From Candidatus Latescibacterota bacterium (GTDB taxonomy: Bacteria > Latescibacterota > UBA2968): a stretch of DNA of 64,000 bases. This document shows positions 47,822 through 58,357 of the stretch, in pieces (position 1 is the stretch's first letter; each line of letters opens with the position of its first letter). A program made the position numbers and the translations under genes. The stretch lies in the NCBI GenBank assembly GCA_965204745.1, contig OZ242010.1:5184001-5248000 (forward strand), in the 5' to 3' direction. Under the pieces are notes generated by a model. It was not told the DNA's origin. It did not search any database and worked only from the letters and a program-made list of their open reading frames with translations.

Positions 47822-49174
47822 ATGGCTGACCATTACGACGTCATTGTCGCGGGTGCGGGCATTGGGGGGTTGTGCGCGGCTTTGCGTGCTCGGGAAAACG
47901 GGGCGTCTGTTGCCATCCTCGAAAAAGCCGACCAAATCGGCGGATCAGCCGCGGCATCGGGCGGCACGATCTGGTGCGCGTCAACCATAAGCGAATGGCT
48001 CAAAGTGCAACCCCATGGCGATAGGGCCCTCGGCAGCGCGCTGATTGACCACTTCCGCCTGGGCATAGACTGGCTCATCAAGCAGGGCGTTTCCCTGCAA
48101 GCGCGTGCCGAACCCAATCCCTACAAATTCCAGCGCACCATTTATCAACTCCTGCCCGACGCGCGCGCGGCAATGGAAACATTGAGCGACCGATTTCGCG
48201 CAAGGGGTGGGCGCATCTTCACAAACACCGCCCTGACCGGATTGCTCGGCGGCAATGGCGCCCCCATCGCAGGCGTTCAAACCGCGCATTCGGAATGGAC
48301 ATCCCGCGCTGTCATCCTATCGACCGGCGGCTTTCAGGGCAACCCCAAGTTGCGGGCGCGGTATTTTGGCGTGCAATCCGATCACATGATCGTGCGCGGC
48401 GTGCCGCAAAACACCGGGGGCGGCTTTCAAAGCGCGCTCGCCGCAGGCGCGCAACCCGTCGGCCCATTCAACCGCTTCTACGGCCACCTCTTGCCCGCGC
48501 CGCCCGCGCGAGTTGGCCTGCACAACTTTCTCGCTATCAAACCCGACTTCAGCGAATACGCGGTGTTGATCAACCTCAACGGCGAGCGATTCGACGACGA
48601 ATATTTGGGCGACGAAGTCACCTGCCACTCCCTCGTGCAACAACGCAACGCCACCGCCATCCTCGTCTTTGACCAACACATCCGCGACAACCAAGCCGCG
48701 CTCTCCCAATGGCCCGCCCCAGATAATGACCGCGTCACCAACATCCGCGAAGCAGGCGGCGAAGTCCTCGAAACACCCTCTTTGCATGAGCTCGCCCACG
48801 CCTTGACCAACCGCTGGCACATCCCCTTCCACGCATTCCAAACCACAATGACCGACTACGCCGCGGCCTGCGCTTCGGGCAATGGGCAAACCCTGTCCAT
48901 CCCAAAATCCGGCGGCCTCATCCCGCTCGACACGCCCCCCTATTACGCCATCCGAACCGTGCCCGGCATCACCTTCACGTACGGCGGGGCCAAAGTCGAT
49001 GCCAACGCACAAATTTTGGACAAAACCGACTGCCCCATCCCCGGCCTCTTCGCGGCCGGCGCCGACTGCGGGGGCATCTACACCCGCGGCTACACGGGCG
49101 GCTTGAGCATGGGCCTCGCCTACGGCCTCATCGCAGGCGAAGGCGCGGCCCAACACGCTCGGCTTTCGGGTTGA
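47822..49174 (+). CDS. FAD-dependent oxidoreductase (flavocytochrome c/TcuA-like)
   Basis: GAGIGG, STGGFQGN, TFTYGG, PGLFAAG. Confidence 0.85.
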   Translation: MADHYDVIVAGAGIGGLCAALRARENGASVAILEKADQIGGSAAASGGTIWCASTISEWLKVQPHGDRALGSALIDHFRLGIDWLIKQGVSLQARAEPNPYKFQRTIYQLLPDARAAMETLSDRFRARGGRIFTNTALTGLLGGNGAPIAGVQTAHSEWTSRAVILSTGGFQGNPKLRARYFGVQSDHMIVRGVPQNTGGGFQSALAAGAQPVGPFNRFYGHLLPAPPARVGLHNFLAIKPDFSEYAVLINLNGERFDDEYLGDEVTCHSLVQQRNATAILVFDQHIRDNQAALSQWPAPDNDRVTNIREAGGEVLETPSLHELAHALTNRWHIPFHAFQTTMTDYAAACASGNGQTLSIPKSGGLIPLDTPPYYAIRTVPGITFTYGGAKVDANAQILDKTDCPIPGLFAAGADCGGIYTRGYTGGLSMGLAYGLIAGEGAAQHARLSG

Positions 49175-49234
49175 CAGATCCGGATTGCGTGCGTATATCA
49201 ACGATCACCTCACATCCTCAACCTGGAGACAGCC

Positions 49235-50773
49235 ATGCGACCCAACATCGTCTTTGCCTTTGCCGACGACTGGGGGCGTTATGCCAGTGCTTATGCACAC
49301 GTGGAAGGCCCCTATTCGCTCAACCACCTCATCGACACCCCCAACTTTGACCGCATTGCCCGCGAAGGCGCGTTGTTCACCAACGCCTTTGTACCCGCGC
49401 CGAGTTGCACGCCCTGCCGCAGTTCCATTCTCTCGGGGCAATACTTTTGGCAAACCGGCCTCGGCGCGATTTTGCAAGGGGCATTGTGGGACGAGAGCAT
49501 TCCCACGTACCCGCTCGAACTCGAAAAAGCCGGCTACCACATCGGGTACACGTACAAAGTCTGGTCCCCCGGACAAACCGCCAATGCTCCTTATGGCGCG
49601 GACCGAACGCGCTATGAACCCGCCGGCACCAACTACCGCCGATTCTCCCATTGGGCCACCGAACACGCCGAAGACTTGGGCGTTGAAGGCGCGAAACGCG
49701 TTCTCTTGGACGAAACCCGCGACAACTTCAACGCCTTCCTCAACGCCAGGCCCGCGCATAAACCCTTCTGCTACTGGTGGGGGCCAACCAACACGCATCG
49801 CTCATGGGAACGCGGCTCTGGCAAAGCCCTCTGGGGCCTCGACCCGGATGATCTCAAAAGCCGATTGCCCGACTTCTTGCCCGACGTCCACGCGGTTCGG
49901 GAAGACGTGTGCGACTACTTGGGCGAATGTCAGGCGGTTGATGCGGGCTTGGGCGTCTTGATCACCTGCCTTGAAGACATGGGCGAACTCGACAACACCC
50001 TCATCGTCGTCAGCGGGGACCACGGCATCCCGGGCTTTCCGCGTGGCAAGTGCAACCTCTACGACATCGGTTGCGAAGTGGCCCTGGCCGCACGCTGGCC
50101 CAAGCACATCCCCCCAGGGCGCACTGTCCACGACTTTGTCAACCTCATGGACCTCGCGCCCACCTTCCTCGAAGCCGCAGGTGTGGATATCCCCGCCACC
50201 ATGACCGGCAAAAGCCTGCTCCCGGTCCTCAAAAGCAAACAGAGAGGACAGGTCGATCCCCAGCGCACCTTTGTGGTCACCGGGCGCGAGCGACACGTTG
50301 CCACCGCACGAGAAGGCCAACTGCCCTATCCCCAACGCGCCATTCGCACGGGCGACTTTCTCTACATCCACAACTTTGCCCCAGGCCGCTGGCCCATGGG
50401 CGACCCACAGGGACTCGACGACCCCCGTGCAGAAGCCCCGTCTGTCGAAGCCCTCGCGCAGAACACGCGCATCGCCTATCCCGACTTGGACGCCAGCCCC
50501 ACGAAAGCCTACATGATTCACCACCGCGCAGAAGACGCCATCCGCCCCTTATTTGAAATTGGCTTTGGCAAACGGCCGCGCGAAGAACTCTACGACCTGC
50601 ACGCCGATCCCCACTACATGAACAACCTCGCCGCTGCCCCCGAATACGATTCCATCCGCGAAGAATTCGCGACCGCCCTCATGCAAATCCTGCGCGCCCA
50701 AAACGACCCCCGCCTCACCGAATCCCCCTGCCGCTTTGAACGCGCGCCGTATGCCGGCCCCGTACAAGACTAG
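49235..50773 (+). CDS. Sulfatase
   Basis: ADDWG, SCTPCRSS, GDHG, ELYDL..DP. Confidence 0.92.
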   Translation: MRPNIVFAFADDWGRYASAYAHVEGPYSLNHLIDTPNFDRIAREGALFTNAFVPAPSCTPCRSSILSGQYFWQTGLGAILQGALWDESIPTYPLELEKAGYHIGYTYKVWSPGQTANAPYGADRTRYEPAGTNYRRFSHWATEHAEDLGVEGAKRVLLDETRDNFNAFLNARPAHKPFCYWWGPTNTHRSWERGSGKALWGLDPDDLKSRLPDFLPDVHAVREDVCDYLGECQAVDAGLGVLITCLEDMGELDNTLIVVSGDHGIPGFPRGKCNLYDIGCEVALAARWPKHIPPGRTVHDFVNLMDLAPTFLEAAGVDIPATMTGKSLLPVLKSKQRGQVDPQRTFVVTGRERHVATAREGQLPYPQRAIRTGDFLYIHNFAPGRWPMGDPQGLDDPRAEAPSVEALAQNTRIAYPDLDASPTKAYMIHHRAEDAIRPLFEIGFGKRPREELYDLHADPHYMNNLAAAPEYDSIREEFATALMQILRAQNDPRLTESPCRFERAPYAGPVQD

Positions 50774-50794
50774 GTGGTCGCGTCCAAGTGTTCA

Positions 50795-50830
50795 AAAAAA
50801 AACGGCCTCTCTCTTGAGAAGCCGTTTTTT
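50795..50830. terminator. Bidirectional terminator
   Basis: A9-CGGC...GCCG-T6. Confidence 0.65.
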
Positions 50831-50949
50831 ATCCCAATAGGACTTACGCAACGAAAACCCATCCTCATTTTTTACTAGGGGATAGGGCTTGCGGTAGGGC
50901 GGTGTGGGGTAATCCGCGCAATCCCCTAATCCGCGATTCAGACACGGAG

Positions 50950-51125
50950 GGGTGGAACGGATGGGCACGCACGGGCGGTTGGGTGGAACGCACGGGCGGT
51001 TGGGTGGCGCGGATGGGCACGCACGGGTGGTTGGGCGGAGTGGGCACGCACGGGCGGTTGAAGATTGCGGATTGATCACTGAGAACTTATTATATACAAG
51101 GACAAGCACAGGGCCCTGTCCCTAC
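50950..51125. repeat. ACGCACGGGYGGTTG tandem units plus a GTAG-type REP
   Basis: Four cores in 50963-51060; GGACAAGCACAGGGCCCTGTCCCTAC at 51100-51125. Confidence 0.7.
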
Positions 51126-51260
51126 GGGGCTTGGGGATGGATGAACTGGCTACTGACGACTTGAGCGAGCGCGGTTGCCTTCTCCCTTCTCCCCTCTCCC
51201 CTCTCACGCCTTTCGGCCGGGGGGTTGGGTGGACTGACCACTGACCACTTGGAGATCTTC

Positions 51261-52337
51261 ATGCACGAACTCATAAACGGCATTGTGCCGACAGAGCCGG
51301 GGGAACAGGAGCGATTGATCGGACTCGGCGATCTGAAGAAAACCGCGCAGGGGCTGTACGAAGCTGCGGGCGTGCCAACCGCAGACGCGCAGTTGATGGC
51401 GCAGTTGCAGGGCGAAACCGATGTGCGCGGGGTTCACTCGCACGGCACGCGACACTTGCCCGGGTACTTGAAGCGCATCCAAACCGGGCACACCAATCCA
51501 AAACCCGAAATCCGCGTCGTGCGCGAAGGGCCTGCGTGGGCCACTGTGGATGGCGATGGCGGCTTGGGGCACTTGCCCTCGTATCGGGCCATGCAACTGG
51601 CAATCGCCAAAGCAGAGCACATGGGCATTGCCGCGACGACGGTGATCAACAGCCGGCACTACGGCGCGGCGGCCTGTTATGCCACCATGGCATTGGAACG
51701 CGACATGATCGGCTTTTGCGTGTCGAGCAGCAGCCGAGGCGTCGCGCCTTATGGGGGCATCGACCGCTTGTTGGGCAACCACGCGCTGGCTTATGCGATC
51801 CCCGCGGACAGGGAATATCCCATTGTGCTGGACATGGCAACGGGCCGCTCGGCCTGGGGCCGCGTGGCAACCATGCGCTTGTACGGGCAAAAATTAGAAG
51901 GCGCGTGGGTGTTAGACGAGGATGGGCAACTAACAGATGATCCGCATCGCGCCCACGCCTTGGTGGCGCCCGGCGGCGCGAAAGGCTCTGGGCTAAACGT
52001 CGTCATGGACGTGTTGAGCGGCATTCTCCCCTTTGGCTTGGCCACGGTGAATCGGGATCCCGAACTTCAGGGACAACGACGGGCTAGCCACTTTTTTCAG
52101 GCGATCAAAATCGAAACCTTTTGCGCTGTATCGGACTTCAAACGCGAAGTGGATCGCATGATCCAAACGATCCGCGCATCCCGGCCGCGCAGAGGCGTGG
52201 ACCGCATCTACGTGCCGGGGGAAATCGAGTGGCTAAAAAAGGCAACGTGGGAAAAGACCGGGATTCCCCTGCACAAAACGCATGTGGAAAGTTTGGAAAC
52301 CACAGCCGCAGAACTGGGCGTCGAGGTCGCGTGGTGA
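51261..52337 (+). CDS. Ldh_2 family (malate/L-lactate-type) oxidoreductase
   Basis: RGVHSHG, DGDGGLG, NSRHYG, LDMAT, KGSGL, YVPGE. Confidence 0.9.
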   Translation: MHELINGIVPTEPGEQERLIGLGDLKKTAQGLYEAAGVPTADAQLMAQLQGETDVRGVHSHGTRHLPGYLKRIQTGHTNPKPEIRVVREGPAWATVDGDGGLGHLPSYRAMQLAIAKAEHMGIAATTVINSRHYGAAACYATMALERDMIGFCVSSSSRGVAPYGGIDRLLGNHALAYAIPADREYPIVLDMATGRSAWGRVATMRLYGQKLEGAWVLDEDGQLTDDPHRAHALVAPGGAKGSGLNVVMDVLSGILPFGLATVNRDPELQGQRRASHFFQAIKIETFCAVSDFKREVDRMIQTIRASRPRRGVDRIYVPGEIEWLKKATWEKTGIPLHKTHVESLETTAAELGVEVAW

Positions 52338-52342
52338 GGGAC

Positions 52343-53401
52343 ATGGACGACAAAAACACCCCTGTGGTCTCGATCATCATCCCCCATTACTTGGGAGATA
52401 TTCTCTCCGAGTGCCTGACGTTTGTGTACGAACGCACAGCCGACGGTTCCTTTGAGGTCATCGTGGCCGATGATCAGCCCTATCCCGACGGCAGCTTGGC
52501 GCGTGCCAAAGCGCGGTTTCCGGACATTCGCATCGTCAAAACCGGCGGGGGAAATGGCACGCCGAGCAAGGGCATGGGCGCGGGTTGCAACCGCGGCCTA
52601 GAAGTGGCGCGAGGCGCGTACGCGATGTTGCTCAATTCCGATGTGGAGGTGGGCGAGGGCTGGTTGCCGCCCCTGATCGATGCCCTGAGTTCTGACGCGG
52701 GGATTGGCGCGTGCCAGCCTAGGGTGCGATCCCTGCGCGACCGCAACATGTTCGATTACGGCGGCGCCGCGGGCGGCCTGATGGACCGCTGGGGATTTAC
52801 GTTTTGCCAAGGCCGAATTTTTGAGTTTGTCGAAGAGGATGTGGGGCAATACGACCATCCCCGCGATATTTTTTGGGCCATAGGAGGCGCGATGTTTTTG
52901 CGAATGGCGTGCCTCGAGCAAACGGGCCTGATGGACGAGGGCTTTTTCATGCACATGGAAGAAGTCGACTTGTGCTGGCGATTTCACTTGGCCGGGTATC
53001 GCCTCGTGTACGTGCCGGACGCTATCGTGTACCACTACAACGGCTTCACCCTCAGCGCGGACAGGTACAAAAAAGCGTATTTCAACCACCGCAATCAACT
53101 CGTGACACTGCTGAAAAACCTCTCCCTCTCGCGCCTGCTGTACAAAATCCCCATTCGCGTGGGCATGGAACTGGCAAATGTGTTGCTGCTGCTGAAGGGC
53201 AACTGGAAACACCCAGTCGCGGCACTCGCCGGCCTGCTGTGGGTCTTGTTGCACCCGGTCGACATCCTGCGGCGCAGGCGCGAAACCCAAAAGATGCGAA
53301 GCGTGGGCGATGGGGAGATAGAACGCAAGTTGTTTCAAGGCTCTGTGGTGTACCGCCATTTCATCCGCGGCGCGAAAACCGTGCGCGATTTGGGGGCTTG
53401 A
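52343..53401 (+). CDS. Glycosyltransferase family 2
   Basis: SIIIP, GCNRG, LLNSD, FFMHMEEVDLCWR. Confidence 0.9.
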   Translation: MDDKNTPVVSIIIPHYLGDILSECLTFVYERTADGSFEVIVADDQPYPDGSLARAKARFPDIRIVKTGGGNGTPSKGMGAGCNRGLEVARGAYAMLLNSDVEVGEGWLPPLIDALSSDAGIGACQPRVRSLRDRNMFDYGGAAGGLMDRWGFTFCQGRIFEFVEEDVGQYDHPRDIFWAIGGAMFLRMACLEQTGLMDEGFFMHMEEVDLCWRFHLAGYRLVYVPDAIVYHYNGFTLSADRYKKAYFNHRNQLVTLLKNLSLSRLLYKIPIRVGMELANVLLLLKGNWKHPVAALAGLLWVLLHPVDILRRRRETQKMRSVGDGEIERKLFQGSVVYRHFIRGAKTVRDLGA

Positions 53402-53551
53402 GACCAGAGGTATGGGCGCGATAGAGAACGTGCAACAGCGGTAAAAAGTCACAGGATTATACCAAATTGATTTTAGGTTGTCCGTATCCTGCCTCCTATC
53501 AAGGAGGAATGAGGAACAGACGTTCCGTACGGATCATGCGGTGCTTGTCTA

Positions 53552-53798
53552 AAGCGTTTGGTTCTGCATTCTCGTTTGTTGCCTTCAATGCCTTCGGCGA
53601 CCTACTTTTTTTCAACAGCAAAAAAAGTAGGCAAAAAATGCCGCTCTCAAACGCCGAGGGGCTTGCACAGCGCAAATCGCTTTTGTAGCAGTACGACATG
53701 AGACAGCCTGCAAAGGGGGTTGCATTATGGATGTGGGTTGCGAGACGGACTTGCGCGCTGTGCGTGATGGCTTTAGCTGATGGTGTTTTGCGAGGGCA
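53552..53798. repeat. ~250 bp dispersed structured element, copy B (inverted relative to A)
   Basis: Matches 389-637. Confidence 0.8.
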
Positions 53799-53866
53799 TG
53801 GTTGCAAGGGTTTCTCTGAATGACTGCGGAACGTCAAATGAGCGGAGCGAGGAGTAGGTGAATGTC

Positions 53867-55033
53867 ATGAAAGCGATTGGTCTCATGTCTGGCACGTCTG
53901 CGGATGGGGTGGATGCCGCGCTCGTGGAACTCCACGCCTCCGCTGGGCGCGTGTCTCTGCTCGGGTATTGCGAAGTGCCGTTCTCCGCGGCTGTTCGACG
54001 CGAAATTTTGTCCCTTTGCGAAAGCGGGCGCGTAGATGCGATCTGCCGCATGGACGCCGCATTGGGCGAGTGGTTTGCAGAAGCGGCCCTGCGCGTGTGC
54101 GAACAAGCGGGCATCGGCGCGGAAGAAGTCGATGTGATCGGATCGCACGGGCAAACCATCCACCACTTGCCCGCGCTCGGACAAAGTGCCGGCAAACGGG
54201 TGCGGTCAACCCTGCAAATCGGCAACCCCTCGGTCATCGCAGAGCGCACGGGCATCACCACCGCCTCGGACTTTCGGTCGCGGGATATGGCCGCAGGCGG
54301 GCAGGGCGCGCCGCTCGTGCCGCTGGTGGATTACCTTTTGTTTCGCGCTGAAAACGCGGGCCGCGTCATGCTCAACATCGGCGGCATTGCCAACGTCAAT
54401 GTGTTACCCGCAAGGTGCGACCTATCAGATGTATTCGCGTTCGACACCGGGCCTGGGAACATGGTCATCGACGGCGTCATACGAGCACTCACCCGCGGCA
54501 AACGCGCTTATGACCAAAACGGCACCTGCGCGGCCCAAGGGCGGGTCCGCCAAGCCCTGTTGGACGACCTCATGGCGCATCCCTTCTTCGACCTGCCCCC
54601 TCCCAAATCGACCGGACGCGAGGACTTCGGGGATGCCGTGGTCCGCAAAATCCTCAACTGCGGCGGCAACCCGGCAGACCTCATCCGAACAACGACGCAA
54701 TGGACCGTGCAAACCATCGCTCTCGGCCTCGAGCGATTCGTCTTTCCCAAGTGCGAAATCCGCGAAGTCATCGCAAGCGGCGGCGGCGCGCACAACCCGA
54801 CCCTCATGGCGCTCTTGGCCCGCGCACTCGGTCGCATCTCCCTGCGCCGCCTGGACGACTTGGGCATGGCATCCAACGCAAAAGAAGCCATCGCCTTCGC
54901 AATTCTGGCCTGCCAAACCGTGCGGGGCCTGCCCGGCAATGTGCCGAGCGTAACGGGTGCGTCCAAACGAGTGATCCTGGGCAGCATTACCCCGGGCCGT
55001 CGCCTGCGGATAAAAGTTGATTCAACGCGCTGA
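53867..55033 (+). CDS. anmK: Anhydro-N-acetylmuramic acid kinase
   Basis: GLMSGTSADG, SHGQT, GGQGAPLVP, NIGGIAN, FDTGPGN, KSTGRE. Confidence 0.96.
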   Translation: MKAIGLMSGTSADGVDAALVELHASAGRVSLLGYCEVPFSAAVRREILSLCESGRVDAICRMDAALGEWFAEAALRVCEQAGIGAEEVDVIGSHGQTIHHLPALGQSAGKRVRSTLQIGNPSVIAERTGITTASDFRSRDMAAGGQGAPLVPLVDYLLFRAENAGRVMLNIGGIANVNVLPARCDLSDVFAFDTGPGNMVIDGVIRALTRGKRAYDQNGTCAAQGRVRQALLDDLMAHPFFDLPPPKSTGREDFGDAVVRKILNCGGNPADLIRTTTQWTVQTIALGLERFVFPKCEIREVIASGGGAHNPTLMALLARALGRISLRRLDDLGMASNAKEAIAFAILACQTVRGLPGNVPSVTGASKRVILGSITPGRRLRIKVDSTR

Positions 55034-55046
55034 GTTGGGTAATTTT

Positions 55047-55110
55047 CAGTGGTCAGTGGTCAGTCAGTGGTCAGTGGTCAGTAGTCAGTAGTCAGTAGTC
55101 AGTAGTCAGT
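55047..55110. repeat. Heptamer tandem repeat CAGTGGT/CAGTAGT
   Basis: About nine units. Confidence 0.85.
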
Positions 55111-55175
55111 CCCCGCCCAACCCCTACCGCTATGTTCGTTAGAATTAGGTTGTGTTGACATTTCATTTGTTCCTT

Positions 55176-55516
55176 TGATGGCTTCTCGCTCTGGTTGCTC
55201 TGATGGCGTTGCGCGGGGGGACCTATCCCCCCGGCCCCCTTTCCTACGAGGAAAGGGGGAGCGCATGGCTTTCTTGAAGGGTTGTCTCCCTGGCTGTTCT
55301 GATGGCTTTGGGCGAATGGATCACGCCATAGAAACCCAAACCCCCATCGCGCAATCCCTCGGAAAACCACTCACAGTTCCCCCTTCCTCGCAGGAAGGGG
55401 GTTAGGGGGTAGGTCCCACCTCGCAAAACCGCTCTACAGTTCCCCCCTTCCTCGCAGGCACAGGCGTAGCCTACAACGAAGCGAAGCGAGTAACGGGGGC
55501 CAGGGGGGTAGGTCCC
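55176..55516. repeat. REP/REPIN-like composite with three units
   Basis: Units at 55217-55261, 55377-55416 and 55440-55516; spacer similar to 7420-7765. Confidence 0.8.
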
Positions 55517-55577
55517 GATAAGGAGCGACTATTCCAGTTTCTCAAGGGGAGGCAGGGTGGCCCTCTTCCGTCTCCCC

Positions 55578-56874
55578 TCTTGTATCTTGGAAGTAAGGGT
55601 TAATTAGGAGTTGCGCCCTCGTATCGAGATAAGCCATCTTGATGCCCGGCTCGGGGAAGGCCGGCCCCTCTTGAAGGCGATGACCTTGTAGGTAAGATAG
55701 GCCCCCCGACCGCCGGGTCTATGCCGAAGAGTATCTAAGCCCCTTGAGGCTGCATATACAAGACCGGTAGACTTGGCGTCAATGGTCGGGACGCGACCCC
55801 GAGCGCGCACCAGATCCCTTACAACCCCCTCATCACAGGAGGCCCCCATGTCGAAATCTCACCCCGCTTTTGCCGGCATTGATGTCAGTGCCCGCACGTT
55901 GTCCGTTGCCCTGTCCAGACCCGGACAAGCTGTCATGCAAGCGACCTTTGCCAATGATCCCCAAGCGCATAAGCGGTTGCTGAAGTGGCTCACGAAGGGC
56001 GGGCACATGGTCTCTGTGTGCCTCGAAGCGACCGGGCTTTACAGTTTGGGGGTGGCCTTGGCCTTGCATCGGCATCGCCACACAAAGGTCATGGTCGTCA
56101 ATCCCAAAGCGATGAGCAAGTACGCCCAAGCCTGCATGCAACGGGCGAAGACGGATGCGAAGGATGCGTTGTTGATCCTCGACTATGCCGAGCGCATGCC
56201 TTTTGTGCCTTGGCAAGCGCCGAGCGAGCAACGGCTTCAACTGCAAGCCCTCACCAGACGCATTGACCAACTCAAGCAGGAGATCATCCGCGAACAGAGC
56301 CGCAACCACGCGCAGAGCTACCACATCCGCAGCACACGTCTCATCGCACGCGATATTCAGGTGAATATTCGACACTTCAAACGCCGGATTGCATACTTGG
56401 AAAGCCAAGCCCTCGATCTCGTTTTGCACGATGAGCCCCTCAAGCGTGCCTACCAACGCCTCTGCTCGACGCCTGGCATCGCGCAAACGAGTGCCTTGCG
56501 GCTCTTGGCCGAGTTGACCCTTTTGCCAGAGGAGATGCAACCGCCCCAGTGGGTCGCACATGCAGGCCTGGATCCCAAACCCAAACAATCCGGAACCGCC
56601 AATCCACAAAGACGCATCTCGAAAACCGGGAATAAGTACCTCCGCCATGCCCTCTATATGCCTGCCTGGGTGGCCATCAGACACGAAGGCCATGTCAAAG
56701 CCTTCTATGACCAACTCATCGCCCGCGGCAAGAAACCTTTGCAGGCTATCGTTGCGGTGATGCGAAAGTTGCTCCATTCGATCTGGGGCATGTTGCGCCA
56801 TGACCAAGATTTTGAGGGCGAAAAATTCTATCGAATCACCCCGAAAACCCCTTGACCTTTTAAGAGAGTATCTT
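55578..56874 (+). mobile_element. IS110-family insertion sequence, copy 3 (1297 bp including cores)
   Basis: Junctions CCCC-TCTT-GTATC and GAGTA-TCTT-ACCT. Confidence 0.95.
55848..56855 (+). CDS. IS110 DEDD recombinase/transposase
   Basis: Same protein as the other copies. Confidence 0.95.
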   Translation: MSKSHPAFAGIDVSARTLSVALSRPGQAVMQATFANDPQAHKRLLKWLTKGGHMVSVCLEATGLYSLGVALALHRHRHTKVMVVNPKAMSKYAQACMQRAKTDAKDALLILDYAERMPFVPWQAPSEQRLQLQALTRRIDQLKQEIIREQSRNHAQSYHIRSTRLIARDIQVNIRHFKRRIAYLESQALDLVLHDEPLKRAYQRLCSTPGIAQTSALRLLAELTLLPEEMQPPQWVAHAGLDPKPKQSGTANPQRRISKTGNKYLRHALYMPAWVAIRHEGHVKAFYDQLIARGKKPLQAIVAVMRKLLHSIWGMLRHDQDFEGEKFYRITPKTP

Positions 56875-56894
56875 ACCTCTCACGCCTTACCGTC

Positions 56895-57716
56895 ATGTCC
56901 GACATCCTACTCATAACAACCGCCAGCGCGTACATCGCCAGCGCGATAGGATACGCCCTCCATTTCCACCGGCCCAAAGCGCTGTGGCGCGGGTTGAGCA
57001 CATGGGGCCTGTGGGCCGGGTGGGGCCTGCACACCGCGTTGTTGGGCGCGATTGCGATGGCCACGGGCGGCATCCCCTTGACCAATCAGGTCTTGCCCTC
57101 ATTGTGCGCGTGGTTGGTCGTGGTCGTTTACGCGTACCTCGAAGTGAGTAGCCGAGATCGCTCCTTGGGCGCGCTCATCGTGCCCATTGTGGTGATCTTG
57201 CACCTGTTGACCCTGTCCAAATTGTTCGGCGTCGAGCATATCCAAGGCACGGGATACAGCGGCGGCTGGTTCAAACTCCACGTCCTGGCCTATCTCCTCG
57301 CGTACACGGCATTTGCGATTTCCTGCGTCGGGGGCATCATGTACCTCGTGCTCTTGGGCGAAATTCAGGCCAAGCACTTTGGGTTTTTCTACGGCCGATT
57401 GCCGTCGCTCGAGGTGTTGAACCAGATCACCAACCGCGCCGCCACTTTTGGCTTTGTCTTCTTGACGAGTGGGTGCATTGCCAGTTCGGTGTGGGCGTTT
57501 CAGCACTTCTCGCAGGTCTCGATTTGGCGCGAGCCCGTGTTTTTGCCCGTGCTCATCGCTTGGATCATCTACGCGGGCAACCTCGCGGCGCGCTGGTGGG
57601 GCGGCTGGCAGGGCAAGCGGGCCGCGTTTTTGTCCATCATCGGGTTCGCACTCGTGGTGCTGGCCTTTCCCGTGGTGGGCGTTCTCTTTTCCGGCCCCCA
57701 CAACGTAGGGCCTTGA
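56895..57716 (+). CDS. Cytochrome c assembly family (CcsA/HemX-like) membrane protein
   Basis: About eight TM helices; LHV, LPSL..L, GWQGKRAA; lies ahead of hemA. Confidence 0.8.
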   Translation: MSDILLITTASAYIASAIGYALHFHRPKALWRGLSTWGLWAGWGLHTALLGAIAMATGGIPLTNQVLPSLCAWLVVVVYAYLEVSSRDRSLGALIVPIVVILHLLTLSKLFGVEHIQGTGYSGGWFKLHVLAYLLAYTAFAISCVGGIMYLVLLGEIQAKHFGFFYGRLPSLEVLNQITNRAATFGFVFLTSGCIASSVWAFQHFSQVSIWREPVFLPVLIAWIIYAGNLAARWWGGWQGKRAAFLSIIGFALVVLAFPVVGVLFSGPHNVGP

Positions 57717-57718
57717 CC

Positions 57719-58357
57719 ATGCGCTATCCCGTGTTTTTGAAATTGGATGACAAACCCTGCGTCGTAATCGGCGCGGGCCGGGTTGCCGAACGCCGGGTGC
57801 GCGGCCTGTGCGACGCCAAGGCGCGCGTGAAAGTCGTGGGGATGACCGCGACCCCGGGGATCCTAACTCTGGCCGACGCGGGCGCGGTTCGCCTGTACCG
57901 ACGGGCGTTTGAACCGGGAGACGTGGATGGTTGCTTTCTCGCCATCGCCGCGACCGACAACGCCTGCGTCAATCGGGCCGTGCAGAAGGCAGCGCGGCGC
58001 AAAGGCGTCTTGTTCTGCGGCGCGGATCATCACTCGGACGGCGATTTTACCGTGCCCGCAGTGGTGCGGCACGGCGCATTGCAACTGGCGATCTCCACCG
58101 GGGGCGGCAGTCCCGCGTACGCCGCGTTGTTGCGCCGAGAACTCCACGCCTTTTTGGACGCCGGGCACGCGCAGTTGTTGGACTTGCTGTGCGATTTGCG
58201 ACCCAAAATTTACGCGCGATTTCCCGACTCGCCAGAGCAGCGGCAAAAGTTCTGGCAGCAGATCGTCACACCCGATACCCTGACCATGGCGCGCAATGGT
58301 CAATGGGCTGAACTCGAGAAACGGATACGAGCATGTCTCTCGTCGTCATTGGACTGA
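57719..58357 (+). CDS. Precorrin-2 dehydrogenase/sirohydrochlorin ferrochelatase (SirC/Met8-like)
   Basis: YPVFL, GAGRVA, AATD, ISTGGGSP. Confidence 0.9.
   Translation: MRYPVFLKLDDKPCVVIGAGRVAERRVRGLCDAKARVKVVGMTATPGILTLADAGAVRLYRRAFEPGDVDGCFLAIAATDNACVNRAVQKAARRKGVLFCGADHHSDGDFTVPAVVRHGALQLAISTGGGSPAYAALLRRELHAFLDAGHAQLLDLLCDLRPKIYARFPDSPEQRQKFWQQIVTPDTLTMARNGQWAELEKRIRACLSSSLD

Noticed and set aside
50950-51060. Four short direct repeats as a mini-CRISPR
   Set aside because: Spacers are only about 6-13 nt and similar to each other; simple tandem repeat
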